From Eledone cirrhosa (Eukaryota): 64,000 nt of DNA. The position numbers were made by a program, and so were the translations under genes. Below are positions 1-12,961 of this stretch, piece by piece. Positions within the stretch are counted from its first letter, which is position 1. Each line of letters opens with the position of its first letter. The notes under the pieces are model-generated. The model ran no database searches, was not told the DNA's origin, and saw only the letters and a program-made list of their open reading frames with translations. The stretch covers positions 33,520 through 97,519 of the forward strand of contig CAXHJY010001562.1 in NCBI GenBank assembly GCA_964016885.1, read 5' to 3'.

Positions 1-290
1 ACTATTACCACCACCACCACTACTACCACCACTACTACCGCTACTATCACTACTACTACCACCACCGTCACTACTACCACCACTACTACTACCATCACTA
101 TTACCACCACTACTACTATTACCACCACCTCTACTACTATTACCACTACCACTACCATCACTATTACAACCACCACTACTACCACTAGTACTACTATCAC
201 TACTACCACCACTACTACTACCATCACTATTACCACCACTACTACCTCTACTACTATTACCACCACCACCACCACTACTACTATTACTAC
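1..290. repeat. (ACT/ACC)n trinucleotide low-complexity array
   Basis: Direct inspection. Confidence 0.9.
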
Positions 291-934
291 TAACGTCGCA
301 CCCACTGGCTCTACCTTAAATAAACAACACCAGACGCCCCCCCCCCCTCTCAGTCTGTTCTTATACACGAGAGACATCGCAGACAACTTCTAACCACTGT
401 AATATACCATCCCCGCCACCACTACCTTGGATATCACCACTGCCACCAACACCAACACCAACACAACCACTATCACATACCATCACAACCACCACATCCA
501 CCACCAGCATCATCAACATCACCATATTACCAACAACACAACCAACCACCTCCACCACAACATACCACCACCACCACCACTAATAACAACACACTCCACC
601 TCCACCACCACTAATAACAACACACTCCACCTCCACCACCACTTTTAATAACACACACCACCACCACCACCGCCACCCTCACCACAAACACCGCCACCGC
701 CACCCTCACCACCAACAATAACAAAGGAATCAATCAATGAAGACGGTGAGTTTGTTGAAAGCGAGGCTGGTACTTACCAATGTAGTTGATGGAAGTGGAG
801 AGACCAAGTAGCTATCTTCCCACAGTCTTTCCACATAACGACGACCACCACCGAACATTTTAGTGGACTTTACCTTTACCCACACACACTCCGGAAACAA
901 GTTCCCACCAGCTACAACTTTATGTATGTATAGG

Positions 935-969
<35 letters not shown>

Positions 970-1045
970 CTATTGTCCTGTGTAATACGTAATTTACAAC
1001 TAATTTACTAATATATATTATTTATATATATATATATATATATAT

Positions 1046-1172
1046 GGACTTTCCAGATGATTTCCTCCGAATGAAACAGTTCTAGTCCTGTAGTCATTTC
1101 TATTTTAAATATTTATATTTACTCTGCTATGTATTGAGTACCTTACTGTGGTTACCCCCGATTGAACCCGGG

Positions 1173-1178
<6 letters not shown>
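1046..1178 (+). mobile_element. (TA)n-embedded short element with decayed hammerhead (other copies at 1327-1447 and 26116-26224)
   Basis: GGACT-TT-CCAGATGA-TTTCCTCCGAAT-GAAAC-AGTT-CTAGTCC...TATTGAGTACC..GTGGTTACCCCCGATTGAACCCGGGATAAA-(TA)n; three copies in the window. Confidence 0.55.
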
Positions 1179-1213
<35 letters not shown>

Positions 1214-1482
1214 TACACACAAACACACCTACACACACGCTACTGTCCGAAATGCTAAGACACTCTTCCTGTTATTTCAAGCTTTAAACTAATATATTTC
1301 TTCCATGTACTGTGACGTTTGTTTTGAAATGAAACAGTTCTAGTCCCGTAGAATACATTTCTATATTAAATGTTGCTGTTTACACTCTACTAATGTATTG
1401 AGTACCTTATTAACTGTGATTACTACCCCCGATTTAACTCGGGATCCACACACGCGCGCACGCACTGAAGTATGTATGTATG

Positions 1483-1523
<41 letters not shown>

Positions 1524-1695
1524 GGCGTCCCAAAAAATGTATACATACTTCAACAGCATTCTAATATATATTGCCTGTACAGGTAATCAAAGTGTGTAAA
1601 TATTTGGGGGGAACATCCTATACACACACACCACATCACACACAGACACACACCACACATATATATATATATATACACACACCACATATATATAT

Positions 1696-1728
<33 letters not shown>

Positions 1729-1991
1729 CAGCCGCAGTGAAATGTCTATGTAACGCAATCTCTTATATACCTGCTGTTTACGGAATTTAAGACAAATCTA
1801 TTTATATTCTGTCTTCCACTGTGTGAACTTTCGTTAGTATTAACAGACCAACACAATTCTCTTCCGATCCTTCTGTTTTTCACATTTCCTTGTCCCCCTT
1901 TTCATATCAACCTGAAACCTCCTTCCCTGGTTAGATTCTACTATACAACAACTGTTGGTTTTAAGGTGTTGTATATATGTATTTGTGTGTT

Positions 1992-2022
<31 letters not shown>

Positions 2023-2101
2023 ATATATATATGTATATGTGTGTGTGTGTGTGTATATATATATGTATATGTGTGTGTGTGTGTGTATATATATATGTAT
2101 A

Positions 2102-2132
<31 letters not shown>

Positions 2133-2134
<2 letters not shown>

Positions 2135-2331
2135 CGAAGGAAGTGTGGTAAGGAACCAGGTGGACCATAACGCACCAGAGTACTCAATACTTAGGGTAGT
2201 AGAGTGGGTAATAGGAAACTGTTCAAAAACCCCGACGGCAGAGCTCAAGCCGTTTCGACGGTTTTTCTGGACTGAAATAGCCGTCGAAACGGCTTGAGCA
2301 CTGCCGTCGGGGGTTTTGAACAGTTTCCTAT
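2133..2331. mobile_element. (TA)n-embedded terminal-hairpin element, copy 1
   Basis: ~75-nt conserved tail (GTGTGGTAAGGAACCAGGTGGACCATAACGCACC..GTACTCAATACTTAGGGTAGTAGAGTGGGTA) plus a ~50-bp-arm hairpin at 2211-2331; TA repeats on both sides. Confidence 0.8.
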
Positions 2332-3965
2332 ATATATAATTATAGTCGGAGAATAAACAACCAAATTCTTGGAAAAATATTTATTTGTTAACAATTGTTT
2401 CAGAGGACAAAATCACAATTCGATCCATAAGATTGATACCCATTAATATATGAATCTATATATATATATATATTGAGAGAGAGGGGGGGGGGGGGGGGGG
2501 AGGAGAAGCGTCAATTAAATCGACCCCCAGTACGTTACAGGTACTTTATTTTATCAACCCCGTTAGGACGAAATGATTTGAACTCAGAACATTAAGAGAC
2601 GTAACTATATTAGACCTGTCAACTCTCCCCGTCCGACGGGGGGGGGGGGGGGGGCATCTCCCAGCCACGGGGGTGGATGAGAGATGTCTTCTCTTGTGTA
2701 AACGGCTATACCTTTCAGTATGTAAAATCTCCCCATTTCGTCTCATTTCTCCCCGTTTTAGGGCACTTCTTTTCATGGTACTCCCCGTTTGAGTATTTAG
2801 AGGTTGGCAGGTCTGTTACTATATACCGCAAAACATGTCCGACGCTCTACCAATCCTGTTAATCCGTCACCCTAAACACAGGTTTAATAATTGTTTCTAC
2901 TTTTGGCACAAGGCCATCAATTACCCCATTGCATTACTGGTACTTTATTCTATCGACCCCCGTAAGGATGAAAGGCAAAGTTAACCTCGGCGGGATTTGA
3001 ACTCGGGCCGTAACTCTATGCTGCAAAGCATGGAGTCCGACTCTTTACCCATACTGCCAATCAATAGGAAGTTTGTTAGTTATATATTATATATTACAAA
3101 AATTCCCCGCAAATGTTTGATTATTTGAAAAGACAATCTGTAGGTAGTGTCTTTCGCGAAAGACTTAAGGAAGGTCTAAATAAATAACTTTATAACGGAA
3201 ATAGAAAAAAATTTCTTTTTTTAAATGAAGAGGAGAAAAAATGCTGCGGTTTTAAAGAATAAAAAGTACATTAATGAAGAAAGGGAAGGCAGGGCAGACA
3301 AAGTCTTGTGTCTGTCCATTGTTTGTCAGACCACCTATCTTCTTGTGAATGAAAGGAACCCCCATCTCTCTTTCTCTCCTCTCCTCTCTCTCACTCTCTC
3401 TCTCTCTCGCTCACTCGCTCGCTCTCTCTTTCTATCTCTCTCTCTCTCGAGAGAGAGAGAGCTTCTCCGTCCTATCTTTTGTGCTGTTTGTCATTCCATT
3501 GTTCCATCTGTGTTAGACGTCTCCAGCTAAACAATACCCTGGGGGAGGCGAGACAGGGTAATTTAGCTGGGTGGACACCACTGGAAGTAATACACCACCA
3601 CTACCACCACCCACTACTACTACTACTACTACTACTACACGTTATCACGTTATAAATTGAACTGGATCTCCGTCCGTTTTGACGATGAGTGTTCTAGTTG
3701 TTAAATTAACGAAACGGCCATCTCTTTTTAAGTCTCCGTGGAACCACTGAGAGGTGTTGTTTACCTCCATTTTCATGGCATCATTGAAGGTGAGAGGAGA
3801 AACCTTATCACCCCTGGATAAGATGCCAAACTACCACGACTAGAAAGTCAAGTTTGTTGTTGTTTGGTCATTACCGATCACGAAGCAAAAGACATTCTAG
3901 GCGTGACCATCCTATATTTTTATTTAAGGCATAGTACATCTAAAACTACATTATCTAATAATATG

Positions 3966-4002
<37 letters not shown>

Positions 4003-4228
4003 CTCGTATTTATATACACACACAGTTATATGTATGTATATATGTATGTAATTTATAATTTATATGTATGTATATATATATATATGTGTGTATGCATATA
4101 TATGTATATGCATATATTTGTACATATATATGTGTTCTCATTACAATTCGGGGACTGCCTTCTCTTAATACAAGATTTTTACAGACAGTCCCCAAATCGA
4201 ATTTTCTATTCCTATCATCCATTATATG

Positions 4229-4274
<46 letters not shown>

Positions 4275-4354
4275 TATATAACTTTTTTAAATAGAAAGTA
4301 AATCAACTTTATGTATTTGCAGGCGTCTTCCAAATTCCTGACACCAGATAAAAT

Positions 4355-5628
4355 ATGACTGGTCAAGCATTTGCTTGTACTGGCCACACAGTGTGTCTGC
4401 TATTGTTGGCATGTTTACTGGCTCACCTCCCTTGTATATGGACCAGTCGAGTGGAAAATACAGGCTTCTACACGGACAATGGCCTGGAACAGTCTGTAAT
4501 GGTCGGACGGATACCGAGTCGTGTGAAGAAGGAATTCCAGCAAGAAATACTAACTTTGATGGGGCTACACCACAAACCGAAACCTAGGGCTCTTGGTAAG
4601 GAGACCTCGGTCCCCGTTTTATGATCGATTTGTACAACAAGCTGCATGGCTCGGGTGCCAGTGGCGCCATTGATGATGGTGATGATGATGAACACCCTCA
4701 CTTCTTCAGCAGGACTTTAGAAAGTGAAATGCCCAAACTCAACAGTTCCGATGTTATCATGAGTTTTGTCAACCATGGTGAGTTTTTCACTTTTGATATT
4801 ATTATTGTTGCAATTAGAAATAGAAACTTTCGATAGTGGGGTTTAGAACTCCCTAAGAAATGGAAAGGGATGAGTATTGACGTACATGGGAGTTGAACCC
4901 ACATCTTTGGTTATCCAGACCACTGTGCTACCATTACACCCACACATCACCCATCTCCTTCCATTATTGTGTTGCGGTGGATTGGCAGTATCAGTAGAGA
5001 GCCGGACGCCATGCTTTCCAGCATAGTTACGTCCCTTTACGATCTGAGTTCAAATCCCGCCGAGGTTGACTTTGCCTTTCATCCTTACGGGGTCGATAAA
5101 ATAAAGTACCAGTAATGCACTGGGTAATTGCTGGCCTTGTGCCTAAAGTAGAAACAATTATTGTGTTGCGGTGGATTGGCAGTATCAGTAGAGAGCCGGA
5201 CGCCATGCTTTCCAGCATAGTTACGTCCCTTTACGGTCTGAGTTCAAATCCCGTCGAGGTTAACTTTGCCTTTCATCCTTACGGGGTCAATAAAATAAAG
5301 TACCAGTAATGCACTGGGTAATTGCTGGCCTTGTGCCTAAAGTAGAAACAATTATTGTGTTATTCCATTTAGCTCAGTTCTGTTTCTCTATTGCTGGGTT
5401 CAGGCCTTTAACCTAGGGCAATAGAGGTTTTCATTGTGGAGAGAGAGACCTCCTCTGACAATGTGTTCTCGTCCTAGTAACCTCACCTTCTGTAGCTCAT
5501 ATTTGCTGATCTTGCAAGGAAGGACTCTAAGGTGCAGCTCTCAGGATTAAGGTATTAATACTAATGCTCCTGTTACCATGGGGATAGTGTTTGTGGTCAT
5601 CCTCCACATGTGGTTGAGGTCTGTTTCC

Positions 5629-5665
<37 letters not shown>

Positions 5666-7147
5666 TTTAAGGTGGTGGATTGGCAGAATCGGTAGAGTGT
5701 CGGACAACATGCTTAGCAGCAGAGAGTTGGCTTGATCAACTTAGCCTTTTATCTTTCCAGGGGTCAATAAAATAAAATACCAGTCAAGTACTGGGGTTGA
5801 TTTAATCAGCTTTCTCCTCTCCGACCCCTCTAACTGTTGGCCTTCTTATACCAATTATAGATAGGTTATATATAATTGTTCAACCTTTGTTAGCAGGGAA
5901 AATAGACATTAGACCTGATGGTGGTGGTGGTGGTGATGGTAGTGATGGTGGTGATGGTGGTGGTGGTGATGGTGGTGATGGTAGTGGTGGTGGTGGTGGT
6001 GGTGGTGATGTGGTGGTGATGGTAGTGGTGGTGGTGGTGATGTGGTGGTGGTGGTGGTGGTGGTGGTGATGGTGATGCGGTGGTGATGGTAGTGGTGGTG
6101 GTGATGTGGTGGTGGTGGTGGTGGTGGTGATGGTGATGGTGATGGTAGTGGTGGTGATGTGGTGGTGGTGGTGATGGTGATGTGGTGGTGGTGATGGTAG
6201 TGGTAGTGGTGGTGGTGGTGGTGGTGGTGATGTGGTGGTGGTGATGGTAGTGGTGGTGGTGGTGATGTGGTGGTGGTGGTGATGGTGATGTGGTGGTGGT
6301 GATGGTAGTGGTAGTGGTGGTGGTGGTGGTGGTGGTGATGTGGTGGTGGTGGTGGTGGTGGTAGTGGTGGTGGTGGTGATGTGGTGGTGGTGGTGATGGT
6401 GATGCGGTGATGGTAGTGGTAGTGGTGGTGGTGGTGGTGATGGTGGTGGTGGTGGTGGTGGTGATGTGGTGGTGGTGGTGGTGGTGGTGATGGTAGTGGT
6501 GGTGGTGGTGATGGTGGTGTGGTGGTGGTGGTGGTGATGGTGGTGATGTGGTGGTGGTGGTGACGGTGGTGGTGGTGGTGATGGTAGTGGTGGTGGTGGT
6601 AGTGGTGGTGGTGGTAGTGGTGGTGATGATGGTGTGGTGGTGGTGATGGTGATGGTGGTAGTGGTGGTGGTGGTGATGTGGTGGTGATGGTAGTGGTGGT
6701 GGTGACGGTGGTGGTGGTGGTGGTGATGTGGTGGTGATGGTAGTGGTGGTGGTGGTGGTGGTGATGATGATAGTGGTGGTGGTGATGGTGGTGGTGGTGG
6801 TGGTGGTGATGGTAGTGGTGGTGGTGGTGGTGATGGTAGTGGTGGTGGTGGTGATGGTAGTGGTAGTGGTGGTGGTGGTGATGGTAGTGGTGGTGGTGGT
6901 GGTAGTGGTGGTGATGGTGGTGTGGTGGTGGTGGTGGTGATGGTAGTGGTGGTGGTGGTGATGTGGTGGTGATGGTGGTGGTGGTGACGGTGGTGGTGGT
7001 GGTGATGTGGTGATGGTAGTGGTAGTGGTGGTGGTGGTGGTGGCGGTGGTGGTGGTATCCAATGCATAACAGTATGGAAAAACAGATTTTAAATGAAATG
7101 ATATACATATATATGTGTATACACAAATTTACATATAAATACACACA

Positions 7148-7239
<92 letters not shown>

Positions 7240-10200
7240 CACACACAGTTTATATAACCTTGCCAGAAGAGGATGTCCTCTCTCGTGTTACTTTCTATAT
7301 CCTGTAAATTTAGTTAATTCCCCATAAGACAGATACACAGACAGACAGACATACAGACAGATACACAGACAGACAGACAGACAGACAGATACACAGACAG
7401 ACAGACAGACAGACAGATGGACAGGACAAACGGACATGTCATCATCATCATCATCATCAGTGTTTGCTAGGTCAGTCATTATATGACAACAGGGTGCCAC
7501 TTCCTATTGCTAACCTCACCAAACCTACCCATCCACCTTAATTGGTACTTTGGCTTCCCCATGTTGAACTGGTGAGCTGTGGGACGTATTGTTTACGAGA
7601 GACATCGACAAATGTCACCAGGTTCACCCATGCGTGACAGTGTTATTAAGGCTTAGACAGTTAGAGCCACAGATCCAACCATGTGTGACAAATGGCTTTC
7701 TTTTCTTCTATAATAACAGGTTTGCTCCTCCAGTTGTCTGCACTGTCTGCTGAACCTGAGCATATTTCTAATAAAATGTCTCACCACCACCACCACCACC
7801 ACCACCATCATCGACATCATCTTCTACCTGAGAGGGTCGTTGGGGGTGTGTGGGTAGAGTGTTCAAACACTCCTTCCAGCAGGTCCTAAGGGTTCCTATT
7901 TAAACCGGCCATATCTGGCCAGAATTTTCTCACCTCTTTCTGGTCAAACCGGCTGTAACTGGCCACTCATACTGATGTTAAGGTATAGTTCTCAAAATAA
8001 ATAATATCAAAATCTTGTATAATCGATATTATGTGAGATATTATGTGAGGTAAAGCCTTTACTGTGAAAATACAATAGTATATATAGAGTAGTGTAAATG
8101 TTATGTGAGGTAAAGCCTTTACTGTGACAATACAATAGTATATATAGAGTAATGTAAATGTTATGTGAGGTATTATGTGAGGTAAAGCCTTTACTGTGAC
8201 AATACAATAGTATATATAGAGTAATGTAAATGTTATGTGAGGTATTATGTGAGGTAAAGCCTTTACTGTGAAAATACAATAGTATATATAGAGTAATGTA
8301 AATGTTATGTGAGATATTATGTGAGGTAAAGCCTTTACTGTGAAAATACAATAGTATATATAGAGTAATGTAAATGTTATGTGAGATATTATGTGAGGTA
8401 AAGCCTTTACTGTGAAAATAAAATAGTATATATAGAGTAATGTAAATGTTATGTGAGATATTATGTGAGGTAAAGCCTTTACTGTGAAAATACAATAGTA
8501 TATATAGAGTAATGTAAATGTTATGTGAGATATTATGTGAGGTAAAGCCTTTACTGTGAAAATACAATAGTATATATAGAGTAATGTAAATGTTATGTGA
8601 GATATTATGTGAGGTAAAGCCTTTACTGTGAAAATAAAATAGTATATATAGAGTAATGTAAATGTTATGTGAGATATTATGTGAGGTAAAGCCTTTACTG
8701 TGATAATAGAATAGTATATATAGAACGACAAAGCATAAATGAATTGAGAGAGAGACTGAGCATAAGAGGAATCAAATGCTGTGTGCAGGAGAGGTGGTTG
8801 CGCTGGTATGGACATGTGATGCGTATGAAGGATGACAGCTGCATAAAAAGGTGCAGAGCACTAGAAGTCGATGGAAACCGCGGAGTGGGGAGACCCAAGA
8901 TGACCTGGGATGAGGTGATAAAAGCCGACCTTACCCAATTACACCTCTCAAAGGCAATGACACACGACCGTGACCTCTGGTGTCACGCAGTAATACAGAG
9001 TACCCGACCTCCCATGGGTACAAGCTGAAGCATATAGACAATATGCCCCCACAGCCCCCACCACAAGGTGGTCGTGGAGGTGCCACGAAAAAGCACCCAG
9101 CACTCACTGTAAATGAGGTTGGTGTTAGGAAGGGCATCCAGCTGTAGAAATCAAGCCAAATCAGCCGACCAGACACTGCCCACAACAGGACAACCCATCT
9201 AACCCATGCTAGCGTGGAAGAACGGACGTAAAACGGTGATGATGAGAGTAATGTAAATTTTAATAAATTCATTAAAATTCCTCGTTAATTAATTAATTGA
9301 AATAGAATGTATTTCATTAGAAATATGTTGAGGAAAGAGTTAAAATATAAAACACAGATTTAGACAGCTTGTGTGTGTGTATGTATGTTTGTAAGTGTAT
9401 GTGTGTGTTTGTGCATGTGTGTTCTTATGAGTGTAGTTTTGTTCGTGTGTGTGTATATATATATATATATGTTCATATGTATGTGTCTATATGTGCATGT
9501 TTGTGTGTATATGTTCATGTGTGTGTATATATGTCCGTGTGAGTTCACATACATGTGTATGTTCTTGTGTGTGTGTGTGTATATATGTGTATGTATGTGT
9601 ATATATGTGCATGTATATGTTCGTGTGTTCATGTATGTGTATGTTTGAGTGTGTGCATGTGTATATATATATCATCATCATCATTTCATTTTACGTCCGC
9701 TTTTCCCTGCTTGCAAGGAACTGATTCTGGCTTGATTTCTACAGTGGGATGCCCTTCCTAACACCAACCTCATTTACAGTGAGTGCTGGGTGCTTTTTTG
9801 ATGTGGCACCTCCACGACCACTTTGCAGTGGAATGATATGGACCCTATCATCTCATTTCTACAGTTGAGTAAACTGGAGCAATGTGAAATAAAGTGTCTT
9901 GCTCAAGGAAACAACACATCACCCGGTCTGAGAATTGAACTCACAACCTTTCGATTGCAAGGCCAATGCTCTAACCACTAAGCCATGTGCCTCCATGTGT
10001 ATAAATATATGTGTTTATATGTGTGTAGATGTATACATATGTGTGTAGGTGTATATATATATGTATGTAGGTGTATATATATATGTATGTAGGTGTATAT
10101 ATATGTGTGTAGGTGTATATATATATGTGTGTAGGTATATATATATGTGTGTGTAGGTGTATATATATGTGTGTGTAGGTGTATATATATGTGTGTAGGT

Positions 10201-11403
10201 GTATATATATATGTGTGTGCATGGCCCTGCATCTTTAGACATGGCTGTCAGAAACAACGTATGTTAGGTGCAGCTTATATCAAAGTGTCGTTATAATTAA
10301 TATATTTGATTAGCTACAGATGTCGTTAAGGAGTGTCTCACATTACCCAGTGTAAGCAATCAAATCTCTCCCACAGAAAAAAACACCCTACCTCACCTCA
10401 CAACCAATCCCCGCCATCACCCTACACCACTAACCCCTAACACCCCACTACACGAACATGTGAGAGAGAAGTTGTGTGTTTATCCAACAAGTTGCCCAAA
10501 ACAGCAGCTAAAATATCTCATTTTACACCCTTGAAGATCTTTGGTGGATTAGCAGAATCAGTAGAGGGTCGGATGCCGTGCTTTGCAGCATAGAGTTACG
10601 GTCTGAGTTCAAATCCCACGAGGTTAACTTTACCTTTCATCCTTACAGGGTTGATAAAATAAAGTACCAGTAATGCACTGGGATAATTGCCAGCCTTGTG
10701 CCAAAAGTAGAAACAATTATTATAGTTACAGTCCTTTATGTACTAAGTTCAAATCCTGCTCGGGTTAGCTTTTCCTTTCATTCATACAGGGTCAATAAAA
10801 TCGCTGGTCTTGTGTCTAATGTAGAAATTATTATCATTAATACTATTATTTCCAGTGCACAAAATTCATTTCCTTCGCCATGAAAGAGACAGGACATTCT
10901 TCTTTGATTTTGGAGAAGTGTCACCGCAGGAGACAGTGACAGGAGCCGAACTGAGGTTGTATAAAAGCAATGATAGACGGAATCGTCAGACAACATATCA
11001 TATTGAAGTATTTACCATTGAACAGGGAGTTGATGAACAGTACGTATACCCTCTATTAATTATACACCCAGTTATATCTTGAAATCATCATCATCATCAT
11101 CATCGTTCTACATCTGATTTCCATCCTAGAATAGTAGAGTCATATTTTCTCAGAAATTGAGATGGTATATATATATATTGAATAGCTGAATTCCACTACT
11201 ATAGGCTTTCTGATGAAGTATTGCATATGATTGAACAATATATATTGTAGTCAGCATATGTAGACAATTATAATTAACACAGAAACATATGTTATAGCAA
11301 ATAAATTCCTAATCTCTTCACACCAACGTTTTATTTTTCTTGTTGCAATATATATATCACCATTTATCAAAGGTCCATTTTCCACGCTAGCATCTATTAG
11401 ACA

Positions 11404-11439
<36 letters not shown>

Positions 11440-12856
11440 TCCATAATCACTAATCCTAAACATAATTCAGGATTAATTTAGTTTCTAAAATAAACATAAC
11501 TTAATAATATATCTTGTAAGTAAGAATATCTTAAGTGATTGTACAGGAACTTCAGAGAAAACACATGTTCAATACACTGAGGCTAATATTTCATATACAT
11601 ATGTTGTTTTCACATTGTATCATATTGGAGGTGGTAGTGGTGAGGGGGGATGAGGGTACTGGAGGTGGTGGTGGCCGTGGTAGGGTGGTGGGTGGTGGTG
11701 GTAGGGTGGGGGAACTGGTGGTGTGGTAGAGTAGGGGGTGCTGGTGGTGGTAGTGGAGTCAGGGTGGTGGTACTGGAGGTGGTGGTGGGGTACTGGTTGT
11801 GGTAGGGTGGTGGTGGGGAGTCATTGGATAGCACACATATCCCCATCAACCCCTCACACACACACACACACACATGCTGCTTTCATATTTTATCCTACTG
11901 GAGCCTGTTGCTGGTGGATGGTGGAAGGCATTAGATGGTACTCACACACACACGTCTTGTTTTCACATTGTATAATCCTGGTCTGGTGGGGTGGATTGGC
12001 TGGTACCCTCCTCCACACACTTTTCAGTAAAGCACCCTGCCCACCCAGAATGATCTGTAGCCCACCCACCCTCTCTCCCAGCACCCAGACTTCGCAATGG
12101 GCCTGTACCTTACTATATATTATAAAAATTACATTAAACATTTCGTTACCACCTGAAACCACTTCTCATTCTACAATATAAGACTGTTTATTTTAAAGTG
12201 TTTATATTCACCTTTGTTAAGTTATGTTCCATATACCAGTTTTATAATGAGAAAGTTACTAATATGACTAAAACTATTTATTTTAAACTGTTTATATTCA
12301 TCTAAAAACTTTCCCTCATAATCCTTTGTTAAGTTATGTTCCATATTCCAGCTTTATAACGAGAAAGTTATATGACTAAATCTCTATAAATTCTTGATTA
12401 TTTTCAAAATTACTTGAAAATTATAGACTTTGTCTTTCATTAGAATTATGGTTACGGTGGTGGTGGTAGGAGTGGTAGTTGTGGTGAGGTGGTGGTGCCA
12501 GTGGTAGTGGAGGTAGGGGTGGAAGTAGTGCCAGTGGTGGTGGTAATGAGGTGATAGTGGTGGTAGTAGAGGTGGTGATAGTGATGGTGTTAGTGGAGGT
12601 GGTGCCAGTAGTGGTGGTGGTGGTGGTACCAAGTCAGTAAATTCTTACTTTATGTTATTATAATTCTATCAGTGAAAATATGTCTATATAATTAGTTAGA
12701 CATGTCTGAAAGTGGTGTGGTGTGTATCTGTAGGGATATATGTGTGTGTGTTGTGTGTATGCATATGTATGTGGGTACGTAAATATAAATATATACACAC
12801 ACACATATATATATATATATAGTCTTGCAAGCAAAGAAAGCAGACGTAAAATGATG

Positions 12857-12906
<50 letters not shown>

Positions 12907-12912
12907 TATTAT

Positions 12913-12961
<49 letters not shown>

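Noticed and set aside
5880-7246. Long ORFs of 390-445 aa (poly-P/H/T)
   Set aside because: Translations of a (GGT)n array in BMP intron 1; open in several frames only because the repeat lacks stops.
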